This document shows, piece by piece, positions 26,000 to 38,307 of a stretch of 64,000 nucleotides of DNA. The DNA lies in contig NC_086097.1 of assembly GCF_963921235.1 (NCBI RefSeq), positions 78,308,001 to 78,372,000 on the forward strand. The letters are read 5' to 3'. Made by a program: the position numbers and the translations under genes. The DNA is from Mobula hypostoma (lineage: Eukaryota). The number at the start of each line of letters is the position of its first letter. The first letter of the stretch is position 1. A model generated the notes under the pieces. That model did no database searches. It saw only the letters and a list, made by a program, of their open reading frames with translations, and had not been told where the DNA came from.

Positions 26000-27950
26000 T
26001 AGACTTTCCTGGCTTCCAGCGTTTCATCATTTAAAACATCACCAGATTTTCATTATTTATTGATGAATGTTCTGGACTTCAAACATCCAAAATGAATGAC
26101 CCCATAGTTCACAACTTAGAAACCTATCTGCTGCAGTTTTGCTCCTCCACTTAAGTATTGGAATCCATATGTAATACAATGCTTTTATCGACAGTGTTTA
26201 CAGTACCTCTTAACATTGTAACTTTTGGGGTGCCCCAGAACCTGTTGCTGGAGCCTTAACAATTTATAATCTATATTGATGCCTTAGATGAATGGTCTGA
26301 GTTATTGCAGCCAAAAATATTGAGGAAATAAAAATAGATGAGTCATCAATTTGTGAGAAGATTCCAAAGAACCTACAAAGGGATATAGATGGAAATGCCG
26401 GGAGAGGTGAGTAGGTAAATTTTTATGAGGGTTTAAAGTGTTTGCAAGGTATATACACTTGTTGAATAAGTATGCAAAAAGATGGCAGTTGAAAGAAAAG
26501 GCGATAGACTGTGAGGCTATTCCATTTAATTAGAAAGAATAAAAGGCGACCTTTTATTTAAATTGTGTGTGATAATTAAATATTGTTGATCAAGGGCTGC
26601 TAAATGAAGCAAGGGAGAAAACTGCAAGTTTTACTACATAATTACAATATTTTTTGGTTCTCCCTGGTTACAGATGGAAGGACAGCTACTGCTGTACTGT
26701 TGTTTAAAAAGGGAGGAAGAGATAAACAGAGTCATCACAAGGCCAGTTAGTTCAACTTCATTGGTGGGTAAATTATTGCAATACATTTTGAAAGATAATA
26801 TAAATGTTTGTTTTAAAAGACAGAGATTGCCTAACTACTTCAATTTTTTTTTTTTGAAAATAAATAAATGACAACGTTGGCAGTGTACTTGACGTTCGGT
26901 CATGGATCTCAGCAAGGCTTTTGATGAAGTCCTATATGACAGGTTGGTTAAAATGAAAGTGCATTTCGGAACAAGAGAGTGGTGAGCTGGATCCAAATTT
27001 GGTTTATTGGCAAGAAGCAGAGGTCAATGATTGAAAACTTCTTCTGTTACTCCTGGGCCTCCACATTCTCCTTTGAATTTTGATGTATATACTAATAGCG
27101 TTGACTTAAAGGTTGAGTGGACAATTAAGAAATTTGCATTTCTATAAAAATAGCTGTTGTTGTTGACAGGGAGGAGGATATTTGTTTATTTTCAGAGGGA
27201 TGTAGATGCTCTTGGGCATTTAAGTAGCAAATGCAAATTAATACAGAGAAGTCTGAGGTTTGGGTAGGTTCAAAGTTCAAAGTAAATCTGTTATCAAAGT
27301 ACGCATATGATATCATATATTACCTTGAGATTTGGCTTATTGCAGGCATTTACAGGAAAATAAAGAAATACAATAGAACTTATGAAAAACCACAAACACC
27401 AAGGATTGACAAATGACCGATGTGCAAAAAAAAAACCAGAAGTAAATTAATGATACTGAGTTGTAGAATCCTTGAAAGTGAGTCTACAGGTTGTGGAGTC
27501 AGTTCAATGTTGAGATGAGAGAAATTATTCACCGTGGTTCAGGAGACTGATGGTTGTAGGGTAATAACCATTGCTGAGCTGGTGGTGTGGAACCTAAGGC
27601 TCCTGAACATCCTGCCCAGTGATAGTTGTGAGAAGAGGGCTGGTTTGGATGATTGGAGTCCTTTACAAGGAGTGCTGCTTTCTTGCGCACAATGTTTGTT
27701 GGGCTGCAACTTGAATGTTGTGTACAGTTCTGGTCACCACATGACGGGAAATGTAATTAGACTGTAGAGGATGCAAAAGATATTTATGAGAAGGCTGCCA
27801 GGATTTGAAAATGTTAATAATGAAGAAAGATTGGATAGGATGGGGTTGTTTTCTTTGGAATTAAAGGGGCTTAAGTGGAGAATATTAAGGGATGCTTTTA
27901 GACTAGATGGGAAGGAGCTATTTCCTTGTTCCAGTGTTTAGACCAATTCC
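26000..27950. mobile_element. Cluster of old CR1 fragments
   Basis: Decayed RT motifs: ggggtgccccag..., RPVSSTSLVGKLL, atggatctcagcaaggcttttgat (MDLSKAFD), cagttctggtcacca (QFWSP). Confidence 0.65.
27262..27700 (-). mobile_element. Rex1/Babar-type LINE 3' end nested in old CR1
   Basis: gttcaaagttcaaagt tail on the plus strand; minus strand resembles the Rex1 C-terminal region. Confidence 0.6.
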
Positions 27951-27959
27951 ACTAATGTG

Positions 27960-28455
27960 TCAGACTATAAGATATAGGAGCAGTATTGGGTCATTTGGCC
28001 CATCGTGTCTGCTCCACCATTCAATTGTAGCTGAGTTTGTTCTCAATTCCATTCTCTTTTCTTCTCCTCATAACCTTTCACCTACTTAATCAAGAATGTA
28101 TCAATCTTTACCTTAAATACTCCCAATGACTTGACATCTACAGCCCTCTGTGGCAGCGACTTCTACAGATTCACCACCCTGTGACTGAAGATATTCCTCT
28201 TCATCTCAGATTTAAAGGGATGTCCCTTTATTCTGATGTGTGCCCTCAGACTGTAACTCTATCTAGGCCTTTCAGCATTTGGTATTTTTCAATGAGATCC
28301 CCCTTATCTTTCTAAACTTCATAGAGTACAGATCCAGAAACATAAAATGCTCCTCATGTGTTAAGCCTTTCATTCCCAGGACCATTCTTGTGAAATTCCT
28401 CTGGACCTTCTCCAGGGCCAGCACATCTTTCCTTAGATACAGTGCCCAATCATAA
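27960..28455 (-). mobile_element. CR1 LINE 3' fragment
   Basis: WALYLRKDVLALEKVQRNFTRMVLGMKGL and a CR1 3' UTR. Confidence 0.85.
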
Positions 28456-28456
28456 T

Positions 28457-28680
28457 ACAGTAGATTCCAGTTAAACTGGGACACATCAGAACCGGTACAT
28501 TTTGGCCCAAATAAGTGACTGCCCCAATTAGCTGAAGTTTCAAGAAATAGTTAAAAAGGTATAAAAAGATAAATGGAGTAATAAATTATGTAGTTAAATG
28601 AAATACAGAACAAATTAGAACACTATTAATACTACTACAGTACTATAAAACTGTGCGTTAGTGCCTAATAGTTATTGACG
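28457..28680 (+). mobile_element. Truncated copy of the Tigger/pogo-like MITE at 49509-50329
   Basis: tacagtagattccagttaaactgggacacatc...tactactacagtactataaaa aligns with 49507-49740. Confidence 0.75.
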
Positions 28681-29021
28681 GATATGGAGTCACTAAGTAT
28701 ATTCAAGGCTGAAGAGGTTAGATTCTTAATTTATGGGAAAAATTTAGGACTTTGGGAGTAGGACAGGAAAGTGAGTTTGAAGCCAATGGTGAGATCAGTC
28801 CTGGTTGTACTGAATAGCAGAACAGGCTCACAAGGGCTCGTGGTCCACTCAGTCTCATTTTCCCCTTATATTCGTATGAGACACTCCTGTTTGGGTTGTA
28901 AACTGTGTTGTGTCTTTCTGTAAGATAAATGGTCAGATTATCAACCAGGGCAGTAGGTCATGGGAAAATTGTAAAAGCCAGTGAAGTAGCAGTGGAGAAG
29001 TTTATTTAATTTCAGTTTATT

Positions 29022-29465
29022 TAGTTACAGAGAAAGGTTGAACAAGTTGGGTCTTTATTCTTTGGAACATAGAAGGTTGAGGGGGGACTTGATAGAGGTA
29101 TTTAAAATTATAAGGGGGATAGATAGAGTTGATGTGGATAGGCTTTTTCCATTGAGATTGGGGGAGATTCAAACAAGAGGACATGAGTTGAGAGTTAGGG
29201 GGCAAAAATTTAGGGGTAACATGAGGGGGAACTTCTTTACTCAGAGAGTGGTAGCTGTGTGGAACGAACTTCCAGCAGAAGTGGTTGAGGCAGGTTTGAT
29301 GTTGTTGTTTGAAGTTAAATTGGACAGCTATATGGACAGGAAAGGAATGGAGGGTAATGGGCTGAGTTCAGGTTGGTGGGACTAGGTGAGGGTAAGAGTT
29401 CGGTATGGACTAGAAGGGCCGAGATGGCCTGTTTCCGTGCTGTAATTGTTATATGGTTATATAGA
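29022..29465 (+). mobile_element. Young CR1 3' end
   Basis: Open ORF NKLGLYSLEHRRLRGDLIEVFKIIRG...FFTQRVVAVWNELP; ttatatggttatat tail. Confidence 0.9.
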
Positions 29466-31250
29466 TGGCTTAAGTGAATGAAACAAAAACATTGGCAGAT
29501 GGAATATAATGTGAGGAAATGGGAAATCATCCACTTTAGAAATAAAATAAAAAATGTAAATTACTATTTAAATGGACCAGACTACAAAATGTTGAAGTAG
29601 AAAGTTATCTGGAGGTCCTAGTATATGAAATACCACAAGTAAGCATGCAGGTACAGGAATAATTAGAATGACTAGTACAAAGTTGATCTTTATTGCAACA
29701 GATAGAAGATATAGCACAGAACAGTACAGTACAGTATGGGCCCTTCAGCTCATGATGTTGTACTGACCCATATAAACTTATTCCATGATCAATCTAACCC
29801 TTTCTTCCTACACAGCTCATATGAAGTATAAAAGTACAAAAGTAATGAAAGCAAATTTATAGAGTGCTAGTGAAACCACCGTTAGAACTATGCATGCAGT
29901 TTTGGTCTTCACATTTAAAGAAAATTGTGCTTGTATTGAAGGCAGTGCAGAAAAGTTTCACTGGATCAATTCTTGGGATAAAATGTTTGATGTATGAAGA
30001 ACAATTGAGCATGCTAGGCATACTGTATAATGATTGGAGAACAGAAATATACAAGATTCTGGGGAGAATCTATATGGTGGATGCTAAGAACGTGTCCAAC
30101 TAGGATGCATAGTTTCATAGTTCACAAAAAAGGGATTTCCCATATTAAAAATAGGTATGGTGAAATTTCTTCTCTCAGAGCATTGCAACTCCTTGGCATT
30201 CTCTAATTCCAGGTAGCTAGATGACAGAATTGATGGCTTTGTAGCCAAGTCTGTGGAAGATCAGATGATACAATAGGTGGGGGGGTGCAGGTAGTGTTGA
30301 GGAAGCAAGGAGTCTGCAAAAGGACTTAGACGGATTAGGAGAATGAGCAAAGAAGTGGCAGATGGAATGCAGTGTAGGGAAGTGTACGGTCATGCACTTT
30401 GGTAGAAGGAATAAAGACAAAGATTATTTTCTCAACAGAGAGTGAATTAGAAATCAGAGATGCATAGAAACTTGAGGGTCCTGGAGAAGGATTCCCTAAA
30501 AGTTAACTTGCAGGTTGGAACAATAGTAAAGAAGGCAAATGCAATATTAGTATCAGTTTCATAGAATATAAAAGCAAGGATGTAATGCTAAAGCTGTTGG
30601 TCAGACCACATTGGGAGTATTGTGAACAGTTTTGGGCCCCATATCTAAGAAAGGATGCACTGGTATTGGAGAAGATTCAGAGGAAATTTACAAGAATGAT
30701 TCTGGTATTGAAGAGGTTAATGTATGAGGAGTGTTAGATGGCTTTGGGCCTGTACTCGCTGAAGTTTGGAAGAATGAGGTGGGGAGATCCTACTGAAAGC
30801 AACCGAATATTGGAAGTCCTAGAGTGCAATAGTGTGAGAGTACTGCCTCAGAACAGAAGATGTCCATTTAGAACAGTGATAAGAAGGAATTTCTTTAGCC
30901 AGAGGATGATGAATCCTTGGAATTCATTGCCACAGACTGCTGTGGAGGATAAGTCATTTGCTATTTTTAAGGCAAAGGTTGAGTGGTTCTTGATTAGTAA
31001 GTGGATCAAAAGTTAGGAAAGGCAGGAAAATGAAGTTGAGAGGAAAAATAAATCAGCCATGATTGACTGGCAGAGTGGACTCAATGGTTTGAAACTAATT
31101 CTGCTTCTGTGTCTTACGGTGTTATTGCCTAACTGTGAATGCAAGGTTGTTGAATGTATTCAAGGTGGGGATTTATAACAATTAAACTACAAAAGAGCAA
31201 AATATGTAGTGAAAATGGGAAAATGGCATAGAGGTCAACACTGGATCTGG
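29466..31250 (+). mobile_element. Stacked CR1 fragments (older copy interrupted by a second CR1 at ~30215-31125)
   Basis: Two successive passes through the same CR1 RT C-terminal region (KKWQMECSV, QFWAPYLRKD, RRNFFSQR). Confidence 0.75.
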
Positions 31251-31251
31251 T

Positions 31252-32180
31252 AAACACAAAATAATCTGCAGATGCTGGGATCAAAGCAACACTTACAACA
31301 TGCTGGAGGAACTCAGCAGGTCGGGCAGCATCCGTGGAAACGATGTGTCGACGTTTTGGGCCAGAACCCTTCGTCAGGACTGAACAGAGAAGGGGCAGAG
31401 GCCCTATAAAGAAGGTGGGGGAGGGTGGGAAGGAGAAGGCTGGTAGGTTCCAGGCGAAAAACCAGTAAGGGGAAAGATAAAGGGGTGGGGAGGGGAAGCA
31501 GGGAGGTGATAGGAGGAAAGGTCAAGAAGGAATAGGGGAAAACACAATGGGTAGTAGAAGGAGGCAGAACCATGAGGGAGGTGATAGGCAGCTGGGGGAG
31601 GGGGCAGAGTGAAATAGGGATAGAGGAAGGGAGGGGGAGGGAATTACCAGAAGTTGGAGAATTCTATGTTCATACCAAGGGGCTGGAGACTACCTAGATG
31701 GTATACGAGTTGTTGCTCTTCCAACTTGAGTTTAGCCTCATCATGGCAGTAGAGGAGACCATGTATGGACGTATCTGAATGAATGGGAAGCAGAGTTGAA
31801 GTGGGTGGCTACCGGGAGATGGTGTCTGTTGTGGCGGACGGAGCGGAGGTGCTCGACGAAGCAGTCCCCCAATCTGCGTCGGGTTTCCCCGATGTAGAGG
31901 AGGCCGCACCGGGAGCACCAGATGCAATAGATGACCCCAACAGACTCACAAGTGAAGTGTTGCCTCACCTGGAAGGACTGTTTGGGGCCCTGAATGGTGG
32001 CAAGAGAGGAGGTGTAGGGACAGGTGTAGCACTTACGCTTACAGGGATAGGTGCCAGGTGGGAGATCCATGGGGAGGGACATGTGGACCAGGGAGTTGCG
32101 GAGGGACCGATCCCTGCGGAAAGCGGAGACAGGTGGAGAGGGAAAGATGTGCTTAGTGGTGGGGTCCTGTTGAAGGTGGC
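31252..32180 (-). mobile_element. Penelope-like retroelement, 5'-truncated (GIY-YIG endonuclease plus pLTR)
   Basis: ORF 31741-32082 FTCESVGVIYCIWCSRCGLLYIGETRRRLGDCFVEHLRSV is a PLE GIY-YIG domain. Possible 9-bp TSD ggatctggt/ggatttggt (31243-31251 and 32181-32189). Confidence 0.92.
31348..31381 (-). ncRNA. Minimal hammerhead-ribozyme-like motif in the Penelope pLTR (core GAAA mutated)
   Basis: Minus strand: agtc CTGACGA a gggttctggccc AAAA cgtc gac. G12 is replaced by A, so it is probably inactive. Confidence 0.6.
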
Positions 32181-34671
32181 GGATTTGGTTCCTTCTATCA
32201 TGGGGTCAAGTAATTTAGTTTTATAGTAAATAGATGATAACACAAATACAAAATGAATTAATAAAGTAACTAAAACTATGATTTGAACAAGTTAAAGCAA
32301 AATACCTGCACGAGGAAGAAAGATGAAAATAGTTTTCAAAAATACATAAATGTACAACGTGGTAGACAATAATTATCTTGCTCAAATTTCAAACATTGAT
32401 CCAATGCATTTTCATAATTTACCAATTAGATATCTTTGAAAAAAATTGCCACATGTGTTTATCTTTGCCCCTTCCTCCCTTTCACCAAGCAAAACATGAT
32501 TAGCGATGTAATCACACATGATACTCATGTAATTAAGTACAGAAGTTACCAAGATTGAAAGCTGGTCAATTAAAATGACCAGCTTTAATGAGTTAAAGAC
32601 CTAACTCACTTCAGGCAACTGAAGGAAACCAACTCAGCTGTGTTTGTCATTTTGTGAGTATGTATTGTTCCATGTGTCAGAAGTTATTACTTTTGTTAAT
32701 GCCGAAGTATGTATTGTACTGAAAGCTATATATCAAATTGACGACAGAATTTAATTTAGCAACAGTAGACTTACTGGAAGGTAATCTGACCTGTGAATGA
32801 ATACAGTGTTGGTCTCCATGGAGTATGGATATGCTTCAACATTTTTGTTCAACTGGTTGATCACAGGTTACCTGAAGGGATGTTAGATTTTCAATGGTAA
32901 TATTCAGATGTTCCTAAAATTAAATTACTACACCAGAAGCTAAAATCATACCATATAAAACTATAAAGAATAGATTTTCATTCATTCCTTCCAGATGAGA
33001 ACATGAGGGTTCTTGGATGCAAAGTGTAACAGATTATTTTAGTACTACAGAAATCTGCAACTGTGTTCTTGTGTTGAAAGAAGGCATCCAGAGAAGAGTT
33101 GAGAACTCTAAAAGATAATGCAAAGTTTTATGTAAACTGATGCTGATGGTGCAACTTGCAAACCACACCAGGGTTTATGACTAGAGATTTTGTTCATCTA
33201 TCCACAACAATTTCACACTCTTGCTCCAAAGCATTCTGCAGTTTTTAACCTTTCTTTAACTATTAAAAGAAGATTAGTAACAGAAGTAGAGCATATGATA
33301 GTTAATATCAACTTTGACTGCTTCTTCTATAATTTCTCCATGTAACTTCAAAAGAAAGCAATGCTCTATCTAAACTGTGGTAACCTAAACTTTGATTTGA
33401 ATAATAGGAAAGCATTAGTGTGGATTTCTCCTTGCTTTAGGTCTTTTAGACTTTCTAATTTATCCTGAGAGATAGTTAGCATTTACTGCAAAAAGGCAAA
33501 AGACATAAGGATAACTAATATATTCTTAGAATAAAATCATGGTTCATTGTCCAGTTTGAATATCTGAACATAAAATCACATCTATGCTCTAATACAATTG
33601 TTGCTTTTTTCAGCTTTCTTAGAAAGAAGATCAATAGCTTACCCCATTCCACTAAAATTTCAGCAGGGTTCTTATTTGATGACTCAATGTTTACTAAATG
33701 TATTCATCTTACCTTATTCCCCTGAGATAAAAGGCTCCATCTAGTGTTCCTCTGTAGAAATTATGAAAGTAATTGCCCATCTATAATAAGCATATTCTGC
33801 AACAGTGTGAGGAATATTTATTTATTTACTTGCTTACTTAGTTACTTACTTGATGCAAACAAGTGCTAAATGTGAGCATCACTGGCAAGAACAGCAATTA
33901 TTCTCCATCTTTAATTGCTCTTGAAGAGTGGTAGTGAGCTGGTCTCTGGAACCACACCAGATTGCAGCAAGGGTTTCACCAAAATGTGGAAGTTAAGGAG
34001 TTCAAGGATTTTGACACAGAGATGATAAATGAGTCCCTTTAACTTTCCAAATCAGGACTGTGTGCAACTTAAGGGAATGTGGAAGTATGGGTATTTCATA
34101 GAAACATAGAAAACTTACAGCACAATACAGGCCCTTCGGCCCACAAAGCTGTGCTGAACATGTTTTTACCTTATTTCCATGTGTCTTTTGCCATTGTCTT
34201 ACACAGTAGAGACAATGTGGGATACAACAGAAAAAGAAATCAAAAGATACTGCCACCACAGTGAAGTTTTCATTACTTATGTTAATTTAATATATCATAG
34301 CAGATGTCAACAGAACTGGACACAGTGTAATGAATGGGCTCCTCTCATATGAAAAGTTTATGAGGTGACACGTAGATAAAAGAATACCACACTTAATGGT
34401 AATTTTCATCAGGGAATAAAATAAGTACTGGAGGGAGAAATTACCAAAGAAATATAGGTATATCACAGTGTCTGGCCATTTTGAAGCAATACTTTAGGAG
34501 TGCTGCACCACCATGGGTGTTGCCTTTTATACGTAGCCTGAACCAGAGGTCCTGTCCGCTTCTTCAAGCAGAAATAAAGTATGTTCAGAAAGAAATTAAA
34601 GATCCTGTTTGTTTTAGATTTCTCTAAATCCAGTTTAGTTTTTCCATCTCAACCAATAGTATTAAGAAGAG

Positions 34672-34820
34672 AATACAGAAAATGCTGGAAACACTTAAGA
34701 GTCACTGTTTTAAATTGATTGTGTTTATTCTCTCTCCACCAAGTTCGTTTGATCTTCTGATTATTTACAGCATTTCATACTTTATTTCATATTTCTAGCA
34801 TATGTAGATTTTTTCTTTTC
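34672..34820. mobile_element. Old Penelope-derived fold-back remnant
   Basis: cagaaaatgctggaaacact ... ttacagcattt...atttctagcatatgtagattttt; flanked by tattaa on both sides. Confidence 0.45.
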
Positions 34821-34825
34821 TATTA

Positions 34826-35151
34826 AACATCAGGATTGTTTCGCTGATAATGACAAACTACTCCAAAAATTCATCGACGAAAAGAGAAAAGCTTTCATCA
34901 CCTTACAAAATGACCAACAATCGGCTACCGAAAGGAAACACTATCAGGAATACAAGGCTGCAGTCCAGAAGAGCACCCAAAACTTGAAAAACCAATGGTG
35001 GAGGAAGAAAGCTCAGGAAATCCAACGACTAGCAGACACCAATGACACTCGAGGCTTTTTCAACGCAAGCTATTTTTGGCCTATCCACTCACGGTCAAGC
35101 CCCTCTCAAAAGCAAAGGTGGTTCAACCATCCTGAAGAGCAATGCTGACAC
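34826..35151 (+). mobile_element. RTE (BovB-like) LINE internal fragment
   Basis: Translates as KHQDCFADNDKLLQKFIDEKRKAF...LKNQWWRKKAQEIQRLADTNDTRGFF, the RTE region between EN and RT. Confidence 0.8.
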
Positions 35152-35365
35152 CTTCACTCAGAGGGTGGTGTGAGCATGGAACAAGCTCCCAGTGGCAATG
35201 GTGGACATGGGTTTAATTGCAGCATTTAAGAGAAATTAGGATGCAAGGATGGGAGGGGTATGGAGCGCTATGGTCCACATGCATTCGATGAAACTAGCAA
35301 AGTAACAGATGAACATGGACTAGGTGTGCTGAATGTCCTTTTTCTGTCCTACAATACTCTATGTC
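35152..35365 (+). mobile_element. CR1 3' end
   Basis: ttcactcagagggtggtgtgagcatggaac (FTQRVV..WN) followed by a CR1 3' UTR. Confidence 0.8.
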
Positions 35366-35991
35366 ACTATTGTAAGACACAACAGAAAAATGTGCAAGTC
35401 ACAAAGGCAGAAGTGGAGATACAAGCTGATGACTGCACAATGCTCAACTGCACTTTCATCTCCACAGCAAACCAATTAGTCCATGTCTACATGTAGCAAG
35501 ACCAAGAGAATATTCAAGCATAGGCTGATAAGTCACAAGTAATATTTGCACTAAGTGATAATCAATGACAAAATCTAACCATTTTGCCTTGACATTCAAT
35601 GGTATTTCCACTGTCAGATGCCCAGATACTGAAAATGAATTTCATAAAAGATGAAGGTAATTAGTTGAATTTATCTTTTGATGGACTTATTGATGGTTAA
35701 CACACCTGCATGAACTTAGCACTTCTGTAGAGGAGATGTTACTTGTCATTTAGTTTGAATGGTATCTATGCCTTGCTACAAAAATGTTTAAACTAATTCA
35801 TTTGTTTAGTTGAGAATCAAAAAGTGTTTGCAATCTTCAGCGAGAATTCATACTTCTAATCTGACAACATAATTACGTTTTATTTTATAATCATCTTTCA
35901 TTTTCGATTTAACAAGGCAAGTCATGAAGAAAAGATTCTTGTTAAAATAACATGTTATATCATTGGGCTTTTAGCTATCAATTTTGCTATT

Positions 35992-36650
35992 GAGGAGGGA
36001 GGAAAAGATGGCAACGCGATGCAGCGCGTGTGGCCATTCCAAATGATATCGTATGTGTTAACAGGATGCCGTGCACAATCCTGATTTGATGGAGACAGCC
36101 TTGAGAAGCACGGAGGAATACCTGGAGAAACTTCTGAAATGCCTGCTTCGCTGCTGCTGCTACTGTGCGATCGAGAATCTCCAGTGGGGAAGGCCCCAAA
36201 TCCTCGGCTTTACCTATTGCCTGTTGCCGGGGCCGGGGTCGAAACGCTCAGCAGAGATGGTGCTCGGTGCTCAGTGTCGGAGAGCTGGTCGGAGGCTCGG
36301 AGTTTTCGGACGGACTCGGAGTCGGACTGTGGTCGGGTGCTTCCAGGATGTTGCATCGGCAAGTTTGCGGTGCTGGAGGTTCACCGTCTGCGTGAGATAA
36401 TGGGACTTTCGAGAGACTTTGAGACTTTTTATCATGCCCATGGTCTGTTCTTTATCAAATTACAGTAATGCTTTGCACTGTTGTAACTATATGTTATAAT
36501 TATGTGATTTTTGTCAGTTTTTCAGTCGGTTTGTCATGTGTTTCTGTGATATCATTCTGGAGAAACATTGTATCATTTCTTAATGCATGGATTACTAAAT
36601 GACAAAAAAGAGGACTGTGTCCTCAGAATCTAATCTAATCTAATCTAATT
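35992..36650 (+). mobile_element. GC-rich non-autonomous retroposon with Rex1-like (atcta)n tail
   Basis: CpG-rich body starting ggaggaaaagatggcaacgcg, AT-rich 3' UTR, and an aatctaatctaatctaatct tail like the Rex1 copy ending at 46375. Confidence 0.6.
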
Positions 36651-37351
36651 ATAGTTTTGTGTGCAGTTTTTTCCAATTTATATTTGAAATCATTATGAAT
36701 AATTTAAAGTCAACATTTCTACTTCAAATGAATTAGGAATACAAGATTTTAACAATTCAGAATTCAAAACATAACGGCTTCATGTCTGTGATCTTGCAAT
36801 AGAGATTAGGCACTATAAAGCATCAGCTAATATAGTTGGATATAATTTAAGCTTCATTGTTGAAAAGAATTGCAGTACTTTGTCAAATTAATAACTTAAT
36901 CAATGCATTAAATTACACATTATAGTAGTACACTAATGCTATATAAAAAGATGAATAGTTTAAATGTGCCTTGCCTTTAAGCAAGGTTTTGTTTGTTTTA
37001 GAATTGAGGTTCACAACAAATTTGCTGGCTTCAAAGATTCCTTTAAAGGAAATCAAAACTGTAATAATGGAATGTGCAGGAATTCTCCAATTTTCCCTTC
37101 AATTTTTCACAAACTTTAGGGAAGATGAACAAAAGAAAGCCCTGTGAAATTTCATCCCCGGTATGCACATATCTATTAGACAATAGTAAATAAATAATTT
37201 CTGAAGAACTGGATCTGAGTTTCATACCTGTCATTCTGAACTAAATACAATGATCACACTTCCATGGAATAATCTGGTTAATCCCAATTCAGATTATTTG
37301 GGGAGAAACTTTGGAGTTTGAATTAGCCAATTAAAACAAACTGACAATCTT

Positions 37352-37865
37352 AAATCTAAGTCAAGTTCATTGCCATATGCACAAGTGTGTGTGTGTGCAC
37401 AGTTGCAATGAAAGTGAGTAGAGAGTACAGACAGTAGAGCAGGGGACTAAGCATACATCTTTTAGGGACACCTCTGTTGATGATCAGTGACAAGGAGATG
37501 TTGTTACCAATCCCCATTGATTGAGGTCTGCCAATGCAGGAGTCAAGTATCCAGTTAGAGAACGAGGCACAAAGGCCCAAGTCTTGAAGCTAGGTGATGT
37601 GCTGGGCGGGACGATTGTGTTGAATGCCAAGCTGCAGCCGATGAATGTATGAGTTCCAGTTGTTCAGATGATCTAGTGCAGAGTGAAAAGTCTCAGACAT
37701 CACATCTGCTGTTAATTGGTAGGGAAAATCAAGCCAATCCAAATCATCTCTGAGACAGGAGTTGATTCACACCATAACCAACCTCTCAAAGCACTTCATT
37801 ATAGTTGATGTAAAATGCAACTGGATGGCCGTCATTGAGGCAGATCACAATGGTCCTCCTGGGCA
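37352..37865 (-). mobile_element. Internally deleted Rex1/Babar fragment
   Basis: SNWILDSCIGRPQSMGIGNNISLSLIINRGVPKRCMLSPLLY joined directly to a 3' tail. Confidence 0.75.
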
Positions 37866-38098
37866 CATCGTTTTGCATCCTGACATTCGTCATTGAAGTC
37901 AGAGGAAAAAGGAAGTGGCCTTGGTAAAAATCATAAGTTATTCACTGCTGCAAAATGAGTTAATAAGACGATTTAATGCTCTTTTCATCACCTTTCTGCC
38001 TCCTTGGTTTCAGGTGGGAATCTTCCTAAACAAATCCACACTGATTTCCCTTGATTACTTTTGAATCTATTGAAATGAAAGTTTATGGTGTCCCTTAA

Positions 38099-38144
38099 AA
38101 ATGATCTCCTTGATTAGCAATGCTGCTAATTAAGGAGATCATTT
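38099..38144. repeat. Hairpin: 21-bp stem with 4-nt loop
   Basis: aaatgatctccttgattagca-atgc-tgctaattaaggagatcattt (one G:T pair). Confidence 0.85.
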
Positions 38145-38307
38145 ATTATTTTAAGTGGGTGGAATCAAATAGTGTTGTGCAATCTTCAGCAAAAATACCA
38201 TGAAATCTGAGATTGAATGGTTAATTAAATCTGAAATTTTCTCATTGGCAAGAAGTAATTCAAAATGTTTGACAGATACTTTTGTAATGGATGGCTATTA
38301 CCAGTAG

